Numbered from the stretch's first letter, positions 47,509 through 62,239 are shown. The stretch is DNA of 64,000 nucleotides from Escherichia coli (GCF_045037415.1 NZ_CP173438.1); one strand, 5' to 3'. Numbers and translations: made by a program. The notes: generated from the sequence alone by a model not told the origin.

Positions 47509-49579
47509 TCTGGCCGCGATGCTGCGCCTGCCCGCAAACCTGAAATCGACACAATGGCAGATCCTTGCCGGACCGATTTTGATCCTGTTGATCTTGTCGA
47601 TGATGGTGCTGCCACTGCCCGCATTCATACTCGACCTGCTGTTTACCTTCAATATTGCCTTGTCGATCATGGTGTTGCTGGTGGCGATGTTTACCCAGCG
47701 CACGCTCGAGTTTGCTGCGTTTCCGACCATTCTGTTGTTTACCACGCTGTTGCGTCTGGCACTTAACGTGGCTTCAACCCGTATCATTTTGATGGAAGGG
47801 CATACCGGCGCGGCGGCGGCTGGAAAGGTGGTCGAAGCGTTCGGTCACTTCCTCGTCGGTGGCAATTTCGCTATCGGTATCGTGGTGTTCGTCATTCTCG
47901 TGATCATCAACTTTATGGTTATCACCAAAGGTGCCGGGCGTATTGCGGAAGTGGGCGCGCGCTTTGTTCTCGATGGTATGCCGGGTAAGCAGATGGCGAT
48001 TGACGCCGACCTTAACGCCGGATTGATTGGTGAAGATGAAGCGAAAAAACGCCGCTCCGAAGTGACTCAGGAAGCCGATTTTTACGGCTCGATGGACGGG
48101 GCAAGTAAGTTTGTTCGCGGCGATGCCATCGCCGGGATCCTCATCATGGTCATTAACGTTGTCGGCGGATTGCTGGTCGGTGTGCTGCAACATGGCATGA
48201 GCATGGGGCACGCGGCGGAAAGTTATACGCTATTGACCATTGGCGACGGTCTGGTGGCACAAATTCCGGCGTTGGTGATTTCTACCGCCGCGGGGGTCAT
48301 CGTTACGCGTGTCAGCACCGATCAGGATGTTGGCGAGCAGATGGTGAATCAGCTTTTCAGTAACCCAAGCGTTATGTTATTAAGCGCCGCCGTGCTCGGT
48401 TTACTCGGCCTGGTGCCTGGAATGCCAAACCTGGTATTTTTGCTGTTCACTGCCGGATTGCTGGGGCTGGCCTGGTGGATCCGCGGACGTGAACAAAAAG
48501 CGCCTGCCGAACCAAAACCGGTAAAAATGGCAGAGAATAATTCGGTAGTCGAAGCAACGTGGAACGATGTACAACTGGAAGATTCTCTGGGAATGGAAGT
48601 GGGGTATCGGTTGATCCCGATGGTTGATTTTCAGCAGGATGGTGAGTTGTTGGGCCGTATACGCAGTATCCGCAAGAAATTTGCCCAGGAGATGGGCTTC
48701 CTACCCCCAGTGGTGCACATCCGCGATAACATGGATTTGCAACCAGCCCGCTATCGTATCTTGATGAAAGGTGTCGAAATGGGGAGTGGTGATGCTTATC
48801 CGGGGCGCTGGCTGGCAATTAATCCAGGCACTGCCGCCGGAACATTACCTGGTGAAGCGACCGTTGATCCGGCATTTGGCCTGAATGCTATCTGGATTGA
48901 AAGTGCGCTTAAAGAACAGGCGCAGATTCAGGGGTACACCGTGGTTGAGGCCAGCACGGTGGTGGCAACGCATCTTAACCACCTCATTAGCCAGCATGCC
49001 GCAGAGCTGTTTGGTCGTCAGGAGGCACAACAGCTGCTGGATCGCGTCGCCCAGGAGATGCCAAAGCTGACGGAAGATCTCGTTCCTGGCGTCGTCACGC
49101 TTACCACACTGCATAAAGTGCTGCAAAATCTGCTCGATGAAAAAGTGCCGATTCGCGATATGCGCACCATTCTCGAAACGCTGGCGGAACATGCGCCCAT
49201 CCAAAGCGATCCGCATGAATTAACCGCTGTCGTGCGCGTAGCGTTGGGACGGGCGATTACCCAGCAGTGGTTTCCTGGCAAAGATGAAGTCCATGTTATT
49301 GGCCTCGATACACCGCTGGAACGTTTGTTGCTACAGGCGTTGCAAGGCGGTGGTGGACTGGAGCCAGGGCTGGCGGATCGTTTACTGGCGCAAACTCAGG
49401 AAGCGCTATCCCGTCAGGAGATGTTGGGTGCGCCGCCGGTATTGTTGGTGAACCACGCGCTACGACCATTATTGTCTCGCTTCCTGCGCCGCAGCTTGCC
49501 GCAGTTAGTGGTGCTGTCGAATCTGGAACTATCAGATAACCGACATATCCGTATGACGGCGACGATTGGCGGCAAATAA
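47501..49579 (+). CDS. flhA: flagellar export protein FlhA
   Basis: MSNLAAMLRLPANLKSTQW... 692 aa; ORF track starts 25 codons upstream. Confidence 0.95.
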   Translation: MSNLAAMLRLPANLKSTQWQILAGPILILLILSMMVLPLPAFILDLLFTFNIALSIMVLLVAMFTQRTLEFAAFPTILLFTTLLRLALNVASTRIILMEGHTGAAAAGKVVEAFGHFLVGGNFAIGIVVFVILVIINFMVITKGAGRIAEVGARFVLDGMPGKQMAIDADLNAGLIGEDEAKKRRSEVTQEADFYGSMDGASKFVRGDAIAGILIMVINVVGGLLVGVLQHGMSMGHAAESYTLLTIGDGLVAQIPALVISTAAGVIVTRVSTDQDVGEQMVNQLFSNPSVMLLSAAVLGLLGLVPGMPNLVFLLFTAGLLGLAWWIRGREQKAPAEPKPVKMAENNSVVEATWNDVQLEDSLGMEVGYRLIPMVDFQQDGELLGRIRSIRKKFAQEMGFLPPVVHIRDNMDLQPARYRILMKGVEMGSGDAYPGRWLAINPGTAAGTLPGEATVDPAFGLNAIWIESALKEQAQIQGYTVVEASTVVATHLNHLISQHAAELFGRQEAQQLLDRVAQEMPKLTEDLVPGVVTLTTLHKVLQNLLDEKVPIRDMRTILETLAEHAPIQSDPHELTAVVRVALGRAITQQWFPGKDEVHVIGLDTPLERLLLQALQGGGGLEPGLADRLLAQTQEALSRQEMLGAPPVLLVNHALRPLLSRFLRRSLPQLVVLSNLELSDNRHIRMTATIGGK

Positions 49580-49971
49580 TGAGAGCCTTATTAGCAATAT
49601 TATTGTTTCCGCTGCTGGTGCAAGCCGCCGGGGAGGGGATGTGGCAGGCGAGTAGCGTGGGCGTTACGCTAAATCATCGCGGTGAATCGATGTCGTCAGC
49701 GCCTCTTTCTACGCGACAACCTGCTTCAGGATTGATGACGCTGGTGGCGTGGCGTTATCAGCTTATCGGTCCGACACCTGCAGGACTGCGGGTTCGCTTG
49801 TGTTCACAATCTCGTTGTGTCGAATTGGAGGGGCAGAGTGGAACCACCATGGCCTTTTCCGGTATACCGGCGGCAGAACCGTTGCGCTTTATCTGGGAAG
49901 TGCCTGGCGGTGGGCGGCTAACTCCGCCGCTAAAGATTCAACGGAATGAAGTGATTGTAAATTATCGTTAA
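49579..49971 (+). CDS. flhE: flagellar protein FlhE
   Basis: 130 aa with signal peptide. Confidence 0.9.
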   Translation: MRALLAILLFPLLVQAAGEGMWQASSVGVTLNHRGESMSSAPLSTRQPASGLMTLVAWRYQLIGPTPAGLRVRLCSQSRCVELEGQSGTTMAFSGIPAAEPLRFIWEVPGGGRLTPPLKIQRNEVIVNYR

Positions 49972-49974
49972 TGA

Positions 49975-50006
49975 TAAAAAAGCCGATGTCTGCAATGACA
50001 TCGGCT
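49975..50006. terminator. bidirectional intrinsic terminator between convergent flhE and argS
   Basis: A6-AGCCGATGTC-TGCAA-TGACATCGGCT. Confidence 0.7.
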
Positions 50007-50023
50007 GTTGCCGTATAACGCGA

Positions 50024-51757
50024 TTACATACGCTCTACTGTCTCAATACCCAGCGTATCCAGACCCAGCTTCAGCGTCTTCGCCGTCAGTTGTGCCAGTT
50101 TCAGACGGCTGTTACGCACTTCTTCGTTTTCTGCGCTGAGGATCGGGCAGTGCTCATAGAAGCCAGAGAACAGACCGGCCAGATCGTACAGGTAAGCACA
50201 CATCACATGCGGCGTGCCTTCACGGGCAACCACAGTGAGGGTTTCTTCAAACTGCAGCAGGCGAGCTGCCAGTTGCGCTTCACGATCTTCACGGATGATT
50301 ACCGGAGCTGCAGCCAGTTGCTCTTCGTTAATTTCTGCTTTACGGAACACGGACAATACACGCGTGTAAGCATACTGCATGTATGGCGCGGTATTACCCT
50401 CAAACGCCAGCATGTTGTCCCAGTCGAAGATGTAGTCCGTGGTGCGGTTTTTGGAGAGATCCGCATATTTCACCGCACCAATACCAACCGCGTTAGCCAG
50501 TTTTTCCAGCTCGTCGGCTGGCATATCCGGGTTCTTTTCTGCCACCAGACGACGTGCACGCTCCAGGGCTTCATCCAGCAGATCGGCCAGTTTCACCGTA
50601 CCGCCAGCGCGGGTTTTGAACGGTTTACCATCTTTGCCCAGCATCATGCCGAACATGTGGTGTTCCAGCGGTACGGATTCCGGTACATAGCCCGCTTTAC
50701 GGACGATCGCCCATGCCTGCATCAGGTGTTGATGCTGACGGGAATCGATGTAATACAGCACGCGATCGGCATGCAGTGTTTCATAACGATATTTCGCGCA
50801 GGCGATATCAGTGGTGGTGTAGAGATAGCCGCCATCTTTCTTCTGAATGATAACGCCCATCGGTTCGCCTTCCTTGTTTTTGAACTCATCAAGGAATACA
50901 ACGGTCGCGCCTTCACTTTCTACTGCCAGACCTTTGGCTTTCAGGTCCGCCACGATACCCGGCAGCATTGGGTTGTAGAGACTTTCACCCATGACGTCAT
51001 CGCGGGTCAACGTCACGTTCAGACGATCGTAGGTGATCTGGTTCTGCGTCATGGTGATGTCGACCAGTTTGCGCCACATCTCGCGGAAATATTCGTCACC
51101 GCTTTGCAGTTTTACCACGTAGTTACGTGCACGCTCGGCAAACTCTTCATCCTCGTCGTAATGCTTTTTCGCATCGCGGTAGAAACCTTCAAGGTCAGCC
51201 AGCTCCATTTCACCGGCGTTTTCCTGCTGCTGCTTTTCCAGCCATGCAATCAGCATACCGAACTGAGTGCCCCAGTCGCCGACGTGGTTTGCGCGAATCA
51301 CTTTGTGACCGAGGAACTCCAGAGTACGAACTGCTGCGTCACCAATAATGGTAGAGCGCAGGTGACCGACATGCATCTCTTTCGCCACGTTTGGCGCAGA
51401 GTAGTCAACCACAATGGTCTGTTTTTCTGGCGTAGCAACACCGAGACGATCGGACGCCAGCGCCTGCTGAACATGTTCAGCCAGGAATGCCGGATCAAGG
51501 AAAATGTTGATAAAGCCTGGACCGGCGATCTCAACTTTGCTGGCGATACCGTTAAGATCCAGATGAGTCAGCACCTGCTCTGCTAATTGTCGCGGTGCCA
51601 TACCCAGTTTTTTAGCAACTGCCATCATGCCGTTAGCCTGATAGTCGCCGAACTGAACTTTTGCTGACTGACGAACCTGCGGTTCGCAATCCGCAGGCGC
51701 GCCTGCCGCAATCATGGCCTGACGGACTTTTTCTGAGAGAAGAGCCTGAATATTCAC
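50024..51757 (-). CDS. argS: arginyl-tRNA synthetase ArgS
   Basis: 577 aa class I aaRS with HVGH motif. Confidence 0.97.
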
Positions 51758-51972
51758 CGGAATACCTTACATTGATGAAGCGAGCAAAAATTACCCGCAC
51801 CAGTTAAAGAAATTAGGGCGGGAGTATACTGCAAATGGCTGTTTTCGTCAGCAACGTGCGCGTGGCGTATTGCCGTTTTCACTATTGCATCAGAAGCGGC
51901 GTGAAATCAGCGGTTGGTTGGCGCAGGGCAACAGGGTAAATTAACGCTTTTAATGAAAGACGAAGAATGATT

Positions 51973-52539
51973 ATGGCGAACTGGCAATCTATCGACGAGC
52001 TGCAGGATATTGCATCGGATTTACCGCGATTTACCCACGCATTAGATGAACTTTCCCGCCGTCTGGGGTTGGATATCACTCCGCTGACTGCCGATCACAT
52101 TTCTTTGCGTTGCCATCAAAACGTCACCGCTGAACGCTGGCGTCGCGGGTTTGAACAGTGCGGCGAGCTTTTGTCAGAAAATATGATCAATGGCAGACCG
52201 ATTTGTTTGTTTAAATTGCATGAACCGCTACAGGTTGCGCACTGGCAGTTTTCCATTGTGGAGCTACCGTGGCCCGGGGAAAAACGTTACCCGCACGAAG
52301 GTTGGGAACATATTGAAATCGTTCTACCGGGTGATCCAGAAACGCTGAATGCCCGTGCGCTGGCATTGCTTTCTGATGAAGGACTCAGCCTGCCGGGGAT
52401 CTCAGTTAAAACCAGTTCGCCAAAAGGTGAGCATGAACGATTACCGAATCCGACGCTGGCGGTCACCGATGGTAAAACAACCATTAAGTTTCATCCGTGG
52501 TCCATTGAAGAGATCGTTGCCAGCGAGCAGTCGGCGTAA
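51973..52539 (+). CDS. yecM: YecM
   Basis: MANWQSIDELQDIASDLPRF... 188 aa. Confidence 0.9.
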   Translation: MANWQSIDELQDIASDLPRFTHALDELSRRLGLDITPLTADHISLRCHQNVTAERWRRGFEQCGELLSENMINGRPICLFKLHEPLQVAHWQFSIVELPWPGEKRYPHEGWEHIEIVLPGDPETLNARALALLSDEGLSLPGISVKTSSPKGEHERLPNPTLAVTDGKTTIKFHPWSIEEIVASEQSA

Positions 52540-52543
52540 CTAA

Positions 52544-53299
<756 letters not shown>

Positions 53300-53686
53300 T
53301 TTTTACCGTTGCATCATGTCGCCCAATATGATGCTTGCTCGTACCAGGCCCCTGCAATTTCAACAGGGGCCTTTTTTTATCCCTGAGTAGTATAAAAAAC
53401 GAACGATTGCCGTGATCTGTTGAGCGGGTGACAGTGCGCATAGCATTGTGCTAGAAATATTCTATATATTCACATTCATTATGTGATTTAAATTGCCAAA
53501 ACTGACAAATATATATTCTAAATAACAACTGGGTTATTCCTTAGCAATTAATGATTACATTGTAATAAATCATATTCTTTATCGATTATTTCAGGCAGTG
53601 TTGTGCCGAATTAAGCAAGTAGTCAATTCGTTGTATATTTATTTATACAATGGTATCGGTGTCCTGGAATTTAATTAGAGGAATCT

Positions 53687-54787
53687 ATGCGAGGGAAAAA
53701 ACGCATTGGGTTATTGTTTTTGCTGATAGCGGTTGTGGTTGGTGGCGGCGGGTTATTGCTGGCGCAAAAAGCCTTACATAAAACGTCGGATACTGCATTT
53801 TGCCTTTCCTGCCACTCGATGAGTAAACCTTTTGAGGAATATCAGGGAACTGTCCACTTTTCGAACCAAAAAGGTATACGCGCGGAATGTGCCGATTGCC
53901 ATATTCCAAAGTCAGGGATGGATTATTTATTTGCTAAATTAAAAGCATCTAAAGATATTTATCATGAATTTGTTAGCGGCAAAATAGACAGTGACGATAA
54001 GTTCGAAGCTCATCGCCAGGAAATGGCCGAAACAGTATGGAAAGAATTAAAAGCAACTGACTCTGCAACCTGCCGTAGTTGCCATTCTTTTGATGCCATG
54101 GATATTTCCTCGCAAAGTGAATCTGCGCAGAAAATGCATAATAAAGCGCAAAAGGACGGCGAAACTTGTATCGATTGCCATAAAGGCATTGCCCATTTCC
54201 CGCCAGAAATAAAAATGGATGACAACGCGGCGCATGAGCTGGAAAGTCAGGCCGCTACTTCAGTTACTAATGGCGCACATATTTATCCTTTCAAAACTTC
54301 TCGCATAGGCGACCTGGCTACCGTGACTCCTGGTACCGATCTCACCGTCGTTGATGTCAGTGGTAAACAGCCAATTGTTCGGTTGCAGGGTTATCAAATG
54401 CAGGGCAGTGAAAACACGCTCTACCTGGCGGCAGGTCAACGGCTGGCGCTCGCCACATTAAGTGAAGAAGGTATCAAGGCGCTAACGGTAAACGGGGAAT
54501 GGCAGGCTGACGAATACGGCAATCAATGGCGTCAGGCGTCTTTACAGGGTGCGCTAACCGATTCCGCATTAGCGGACCGTAAACCACTATGGCAATACGC
54601 TGAAAAACTTGACGATACCTATTGCGCTGGCTGCCATGCCCCTATTGCCGCCGACCATTACACCGTCAATGCATGGCCGTCCATTGCCAAAGGAATGGGT
54701 GCGCGAACCAGCATGAGCGAAAACGAACTGGACATTTTGACGCGGTACTTCCAGTACAACGCCAAAGATATTACCGAGAAACAGTGA
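53687..54787 (+). CDS. torY: NapC/NirT-type multihaem cytochrome c TorY
   Basis: 366 aa with several CxxCH motifs. Confidence 0.95.
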   Translation: MRGKKRIGLLFLLIAVVVGGGGLLLAQKALHKTSDTAFCLSCHSMSKPFEEYQGTVHFSNQKGIRAECADCHIPKSGMDYLFAKLKASKDIYHEFVSGKIDSDDKFEAHRQEMAETVWKELKATDSATCRSCHSFDAMDISSQSESAQKMHNKAQKDGETCIDCHKGIAHFPPEIKMDDNAAHELESQAATSVTNGAHIYPFKTSRIGDLATVTPGTDLTVVDVSGKQPIVRLQGYQMQGSENTLYLAAGQRLALATLSEEGIKALTVNGEWQADEYGNQWRQASLQGALTDSALADRKPLWQYAEKLDDTYCAGCHAPIAADHYTVNAWPSIAKGMGARTSMSENELDILTRYFQYNAKDITEKQ

Positions 54788-54811
54788 TCCTCGTTGATCA
54801 GGGAGGAAGTT

Positions 54812-57241
54812 ATGACATTAACAAGACGCGAATTTATTAAACATAGCGGTATTGCCGCTGGGGCGCTGGTGGTGACATCGGCTGCACCGTTACCTGCATG
54901 GGCAGAAGAGAAGGGCGGCAAAATTCTCACCGCGGGACGTTGGGGAGCGATGAACGTAGAAGTGAAGGACGGCAAGATTGTTTCTTCGACAGGCGCGCTG
55001 GCGAAGACCATACCGAACTCCTTACAGTCTACGGCGGCGGATCAGGTACACACCACGGCGCGTATTCAGCATCCGATGGTGAGAAAAAGCTATCTCGATA
55101 ATCCACTGCAACCGGCGAAAGGTCGTGGCGAAGATACCTATGTACAGGTGAGCTGGGAACAAGCATTAAAACTGATTCATGAGCAACACGATCATATTCG
55201 TAAAGCTAACGGACCATCGGCCATTTTTGCCGGATCTTACGGCTGGCGTTCTTCTGGCGTGTTGCATAAAGCGCAAACCTTACTGCAACGTTATATGAAC
55301 CTGGCGGGCGGTTATTCCGGGCATAGCGGCGATTATTCAACCGGAGCGGCACAGGTGATCATGCCGCATGTGGTCGGTTCTGTGGAGGTCTATGAACAGC
55401 AGACTTCCTGGCCGCTGATTCTGGAAAACAGTCAGGTGGTGGTGTTGTGGGGCATGAACCCGCTGAATACCTTAAAAATTGCCTGGAGCAGTACCGATGA
55501 ACAAGGGCTGGAATACTTCCATCAGCTGAAAAAATCTGGCAAACCAGTGATTGCCATTGATCCTATCCGCTCCGAAACCATCGAATTCTTTGGCGATAAT
55601 GCCACCTGGATCGCACCGAATATGGGCACCGACGTGGCACTGATGTTAGGGATTGCGCATACCCTGATGACACAAGGCAAACACGATAAAGTGTTCCTTG
55701 AAAAATACACTACCGGGTATCCGCAGTTTGAAGAGTATCTGACAGGCAAGAACGATAATACGCCGAAGAGTGCGGCCTGGGCGGCGGAAATTACTGGCGT
55801 GCCGGAAGCGCAGATTGTGAAACTTGCAGAACTGATGGCGGCAAATCGCACAATGCTGATGGCAGGCTGGGGAATTCAGCGCCAGCAATACGGTGAACAG
55901 AAACACTGGATGCTGGTGACGCTGGCGGCGATGTTAGGGCAAATTGGTACACCGGGCGGCGGGTTTGGTTTCTCTTATCATTACTCCAACGGTGGCAACC
56001 CGACGCGTGTTGGCGGCGTGCTACCAGAAATGTCTGCGGCGATTGCCGGACAGGCCAGCGAGGCCGCTGATGATGGCGGAATGACGGCGATTCCTGTTGC
56101 CCGTATCGTCGATGCGCTGGAAAATCCTGGCGGCAAATATCAGCATAACGGTAAAGAACAAACGTATCCGAATATCAAAATGATCTGGTGGGCGGGTGGC
56201 GGTAACTTTACCCATCACCAGGATACTAATCGTCTGATTAAAGCATGGCAGAAACCGGAGATGATCGTCGTTTCTGAATGCTACTGGACCGCAGCAGCCA
56301 AACACGCAGATATCGTATTACCGATCACCACATCGTTTGAGCGCAATGACCTGACGATGACCGGTGATTACAGCAACCAGCATATTGTGCCGATGAAGCA
56401 GGCTGTCGCTCCGCAATTTGAAGCGCGCAACGATTTTGACGTGTTTGCCGATCTTGCTGAATTACTCAAACCTGGCGGAAAAGAGATCTATACCGAAGGT
56501 AAAGATGAAATGGCGTGGCTGAAATTTTTCTATGATGCCGCTCAGAAAGGTGCCCGTGCGCAACGCGTGACGATGCCGATGTTTAATGCCTTCTGGCAGC
56601 AAAATAAACTGATCGAAATGCGCCGCAGCGAGAAGAACGAACAGTACATTCGTTATGGTGATTTCCGCGCCGATCCGGTGAAAAATGCGCTGGGTACGCC
56701 AAGCGGCAAAATTGAGATTTACTCCAGAACGCTGGAAAAATTTGGCTATAAGGATTGCCCGGCACACCCAACCTGGCTTGCGCCTGATGAGTGGAAGGGT
56801 ACCGCCGACGAGAAGCAGTTGCAGCTTCTGACCGCACATCCGGCACACCGTTTACACAGTCAGCTTAACTATGCGGAACTGCGTAAAAAATATGCGGTTG
56901 CCGATCGTGAACCAATCACTATTCACACCGAAGATGCTGCTCGCTTTGGTATTGCGAATGGCGATCTGGTGCGTGTCTGGAACAAACGTGGTCAGATTCT
57001 GACAGGCGCGGTGGTGACTGACGGGATCAAAAAAGGCGTGGTATGCGTGCATGAAGGTGCATGGCCAGATCTGGAAAATGGCTTGTGTAAAAACGGTAGT
57101 GCGAACGTGTTAACGGCGGATATCCCCAGCTCGCAGCTGGCGAATGCCTGTGCCGGTAACTCTGCGCTGGTGTATATCGAAAAATATACGGGCAATGCGC
57201 TGAAGTTAACGGCGTTTGATCAGCCAGCTATTCAGGCATAA
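54812..57241 (+). CDS. torZ: TMAO/biotin sulfoxide reductase TorZ (BisZ), Tat signal
   Basis: [31 protein letters not shown]... Confidence 0.95.
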   Translation: MTLTRREFIKHSGIAAGALVVTSAAPLPAWAEEKGGKILTAGRWGAMNVEVKDGKIVSSTGALAKTIPNSLQSTAADQVHTTARIQHPMVRKSYLDNPLQPAKGRGEDTYVQVSWEQALKLIHEQHDHIRKANGPSAIFAGSYGWRSSGVLHKAQTLLQRYMNLAGGYSGHSGDYSTGAAQVIMPHVVGSVEVYEQQTSWPLILENSQVVVLWGMNPLNTLKIAWSSTDEQGLEYFHQLKKSGKPVIAIDPIRSETIEFFGDNATWIAPNMGTDVALMLGIAHTLMTQGKHDKVFLEKYTTGYPQFEEYLTGKNDNTPKSAAWAAEITGVPEAQIVKLAELMAANRTMLMAGWGIQRQQYGEQKHWMLVTLAAMLGQIGTPGGGFGFSYHYSNGGNPTRVGGVLPEMSAAIAGQASEAADDGGMTAIPVARIVDALENPGGKYQHNGKEQTYPNIKMIWWAGGGNFTHHQDTNRLIKAWQKPEMIVVSECYWTAAAKHADIVLPITTSFERNDLTMTGDYSNQHIVPMKQAVAPQFEARNDFDVFADLAELLKPGGKEIYTEGKDEMAWLKFFYDAAQKGARAQRVTMPMFNAFWQQNKLIEMRRSEKNEQYIRYGDFRADPVKNALGTPSGKIEIYSRTLEKFGYKDCPAHPTWLAPDEWKGTADEKQLQLLTAHPAHRLHSQLNYAELRKKYAVADREPITIHTEDAARFGIANGDLVRVWNKRGQILTGAVVTDGIKKGVVCVHEGAWPDLENGLCKNGSANVLTADIPSSQLANACAGNSALVYIEKYTGNALKLTAFDQPAIQA

Positions 57242-57276
57242 GACGTAAAAAGCGCCCGGAAACGGGCGCTAAATTT

Positions 57277-59424
<2,148 letters not shown>

Positions 59425-59476
59425 ACAAACTCCCTTTAAAATGGCCGATGGCACCTGTCTATGATAGGTGGCAAAT

Positions 59477-60202
59477 TCAGAAAAGAGAAGATTGCTGTGG
59501 AATAGCCGGAACTGCTCCGATCTCTGGAAGCGTTTTACGTAAGTCTTCCCACAGGGTATGTACCAGTTCCGGGGCCTGGGCAATATCTGGCGTATGTAAA
59601 AAAAGATAAGGCGTAGTGGTCTGATGCCACTGCGCTAATTTTTGTAACCAGACCTGAAATAATTCCCGGTTTTGCGTCATATCATCACTACCGATAAAAC
59701 GGATCAGTGGATTTTTCGCCGTCAGTACAGCATGTACCGGAACTTTAGGTTTTTTTCGTTGAGCGTAGCGAATAGCTTCACTGTGTGGACGTGCTGCATG
59801 AACCGGGCGGCTGTCTAAAATCACCCGATTAACGCCGCGCTGATGTAAACCGCGATTAAGCGTTTGTTCCTCTTCCCCTTTGGCGAAAAACTGTGGATGG
59901 CGGACTTCCACACCATAATTAAATTCGCCGGGAAGAGAATCGAGAAAATGCCAAAGCGCAGGCAGCTCCCGTGGGCCGAATGTGGCAGGCAGTTGCAGCC
60001 AGTATTGTCCAATGCGCGGAGCCAACGGTGACATGCGGGTCAAAAATTCAGTCACTAAATCATCGCAATGCCGTAATGCTGCCTGATGCGAAATAGTCGC
60101 CGGAAACTTAAAACAGAAGCGGAAGTCATCTGTGGTCTGCTCACGCCAGCGCAGGACAACCTCGGGTTTCGGCAGGGCATAAAGCGTGGTGTTACCCTCC
60201 AC
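59477..60202 (-). CDS. yecE: YecE (DUF72), 5' end replaced by prophage B; no in-frame ATG, stop at 60260-60262 upstream in frame
   Basis: 241 codons from GTG at 60202 match YecE from ..VEGNTTLYALPK; the first roughly 30 codons of K-12 YecE (recalled length 272 aa) have no counterpart. Confidence 0.8.
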   Translation of the reverse strand: MEGNTTLYALPKPEVVLRWREQTTDDFRFCFKFPATISHQAALRHCDDLVTEFLTRMSPLAPRIGQYWLQLPATFGPRELPALWHFLDSLPGEFNYGVEVRHPQFFAKGEEEQTLNRGLHQRGVNRVILDSRPVHAARPHSEAIRYAQRKKPKVPVHAVLTAKNPLIRFIGSDDMTQNRELFQVWLQKLAQWHQTTTPYLFLHTPDIAQAPELVHTLWEDLRKTLPEIGAVPAIPQQSSLF

Positions 60203-60228
60203 ACAGTTAACATGACGGGTATTAAGGA

Positions 60229-61542
60229 TTAACTTACTGATTTTAATAAGCCTCTGGTGTCACTTTGGTGACTATGGGGCATCATTGGGACATAATCTGT
60301 CAGCTTCTGATTCAGCATTGCGATCTGTTCTGCATTGCTGTCAGTCATCCATGCTCCGTATACATTGAATACCATCTGGGCACTTGCATGGCCCATCTGG
60401 CTGGCAATGAAGCTTGGGTTTGCTCCGGCAGATAATGACCAGCACGCATAAGTGTGTCGTGACTGGTATGCCTTTCGATGCCTGATCCCTGCACGCTTAA
60501 TGGCTGTTTCCCATGAGTCACCTACAGAATCGACTTTGTAGACAAAACCTACCTGTTCGCTTTTTCTAACCACTTGAGGGTTAAACACGAAAGTACATTC
60601 ATGGTTCACTGAACGTCCATATTCACGTAGTTGCACCTTGATGTTGTACTGCTTACCCAGTCTTGTCATTTCAGCCTGATTTTTCAGGACACTGATAGCG
60701 GGCTGGATAAGGTGCACAACCCTGTTTGTGCTTGCTTCAGTTTTCGGTAGAGTGAACTCACCAAGTTTCGTATAATTGCGCCTGATGGTAATTGTTCCTG
60801 CCTTCAGATCGATATCTTCCCAGGCCAGGGAAACCAGTTCACCGTGACGCATTCCTGTGTACACAGCCAATGACCACAGGTTTTTCGTCTGCTGATGTCG
60901 GCAAGCATCTATCAGGCGAATAAATTCGTCACGAGTTAGCGGATCTGGCTCTGCCCTGGCTCTTTTAAGAGGCTTAATTCCCTGGAAGGGATTTGCTTCT
61001 AAGTAACCGTGATCTGCAGCAAACTGAAACATTCCAGCGATTGTCGTCATGTAATAATTTACAGTAACGACGCTCCGTCCTTTTGCTGCTGCTTTGTTTT
61101 TCGTTGAATTCTGATACCCGGTAAGCAAATCTTTCCTGATATACAGCAATTCCTCTTTGGTTACCGATGACACCAGTCTACTGCCTCCAATTTTCGGAAC
61201 CATCGTTCTTGCAACGGATTCATAGCGATTGAATGCATTTGCAGAGATTTCCATTCGTTTCAGATCCAGCCACTTTTCTTCAAGTTCCTTCACCGTAATT
61301 TCTTTTTTACTTACCCCAAAAGCCTGAAGGTTGGGGGAGTCAGGGAACTGTGCAGCATAATCAAAGCTTCCTGTGCGGATGGCAAAACATACTGATGTCC
61401 GCAGTTCCCCGGCGATCTTCCTGTTCTTGGCAGTGTCAGGGACACCAAGATTTTCCCTGACACGTTTACCTTTAAAATTAAACCAGATGCGTAATGTGCC
61501 GCCGTGGTTTTCGACGCCTGTTGGATATTTGACTTTATCCAT
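60229..61542 (-). CDS. int: phage integrase (tyrosine recombinase), 3' end abuts/overlaps yecE 5' region
   Basis: 437 aa; N-terminal arm-binding-like domain and C-terminal catalytic region with conserved R..H..R..Y context. Confidence 0.85.
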   Translation of the reverse strand: MDKVKYPTGVENHGGTLRIWFNFKGKRVRENLGVPDTAKNRKIAGELRTSVCFAIRTGSFDYAAQFPDSPNLQAFGVSKKEITVKELEEKWLDLKRMEISANAFNRYESVARTMVPKIGGSRLVSSVTKEELLYIRKDLLTGYQNSTKNKAAAKGRSVVTVNYYMTTIAGMFQFAADHGYLEANPFQGIKPLKRARAEPDPLTRDEFIRLIDACRHQQTKNLWSLAVYTGMRHGELVSLAWEDIDLKAGTITIRRNYTKLGEFTLPKTEASTNRVVHLIQPAISVLKNQAEMTRLGKQYNIKVQLREYGRSVNHECTFVFNPQVVRKSEQVGFVYKVDSVGDSWETAIKRAGIRHRKAYQSRHTYACWSLSAGANPSFIASQMGHASAQMVFNVYGAWMTDSNAEQIAMLNQKLTDYVPMMPHSHQSDTRGLLKSVS

Positions 61543-61597
61543 CGATACCTCCAGACGCCCAAGAGCGATACGAGCTTACATATTTCATGATATTAAA

Positions 61598-61834
61598 TCA
61601 CCTGGGTTGTTTGTTTTTCATTGAGGCGACCCAGGCATCTATTGCTTTTCTGTTATACATACATTCACTGGAAGGCTTTGGATTACCGTCTGGTGATACG
61701 TGAATATACTCTCTTCCAACCATCCAGCATTCTTTCCGGGCCCGAAGAATTGTGCCTGGTTTGAGCCCGGTAATTGCGATAAGAACGCTTTCACAAACCC
61801 ATTCATTGGGAGCCAGTTGAATCACATTGCCCAT
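61598..61834 (-). CDS. xis: putative excisionase
   Basis: 78 aa ORF immediately upstream of int. Confidence 0.55.
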   Translation of the reverse strand: MGNVIQLAPNEWVCESVLIAITGLKPGTILRARKECWMVGREYIHVSPDGNPKPSSECMYNRKAIDAWVASMKNKQPR

Positions 61835-61842
61835 GTATTACC

Positions 61843-61989
61843 TCACACAACACTCAGCCCACGGCAGTGGCAACACACTTCAAACATTCGCTTCACAACT
61901 TCACGACAGTAGAAGCCGTCAACATCTCGCGTCAGGTCATAGCGATTGCCGTAACGCTGGTGGACCCATCGTTCAAATGCTTTATTCAT
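61843..61989 (-). CDS. small Cys-rich protein (48 aa, CCHC cluster)
   Basis: Hand-translated; ATG 3 nt after upstream stop; below ORF-track cutoff. Confidence 0.4.
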   Translation of the reverse strand: MNKAFERWVHQRYGNRYDLTRDVDGFYCREVVKRMFEVCCHCRGLSVV

Positions 61990-61992
61990 TCT

Positions 61993-62235
61993 TTACTTCC
62001 TTTTTATGGCTCGTAATTTTTTCAGGTGCTTTTCCTGCTCAGTGTCCGCGAGAATTTTGCGGTACTCCTGGTGGTCAATATGTTCGAACAGGCAGTTTAA
62101 CTCACCAATGCGTACCCGCCCGGATCGTCCGTCCATCCGTCGAAAGAACACTGAGTGCTCAGTGATGCGAGTAATCACCACGGGGTATCCGGCTCTGTCC
62201 GTGTATATCTGACCGCGTTGAATCAAAGCGAACAT
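61993..62235 (-). CDS. hypothetical early protein (80 aa from ATG at 62235)
   Basis: ORF track 61993..62289 with internal ATG closely following upstream stop. Confidence 0.5.
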   Translation of the reverse strand: MFALIQRGQIYTDRAGYPVVITRITEHSVFFRRMDGRSGRVRIGELNCLFEHIDHQEYRKILADTEQEKHLKKLRAIKRK

Positions 62236-62239
62236 GTGG

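Noticed and set aside
47023-47787. 254-aa minus-strand ORF
   Set aside because: Antisense to the flhB 3' end and flhA 5' end, which are well supported. No independent signals.
50090-51586. 498-aa plus-strand ORF
   Set aside because: Entirely antisense to argS, whose identity is strongly supported. A long antisense ORF in a GC-rich conserved gene is a common artefact, and there is no RBS or recognisable domain.
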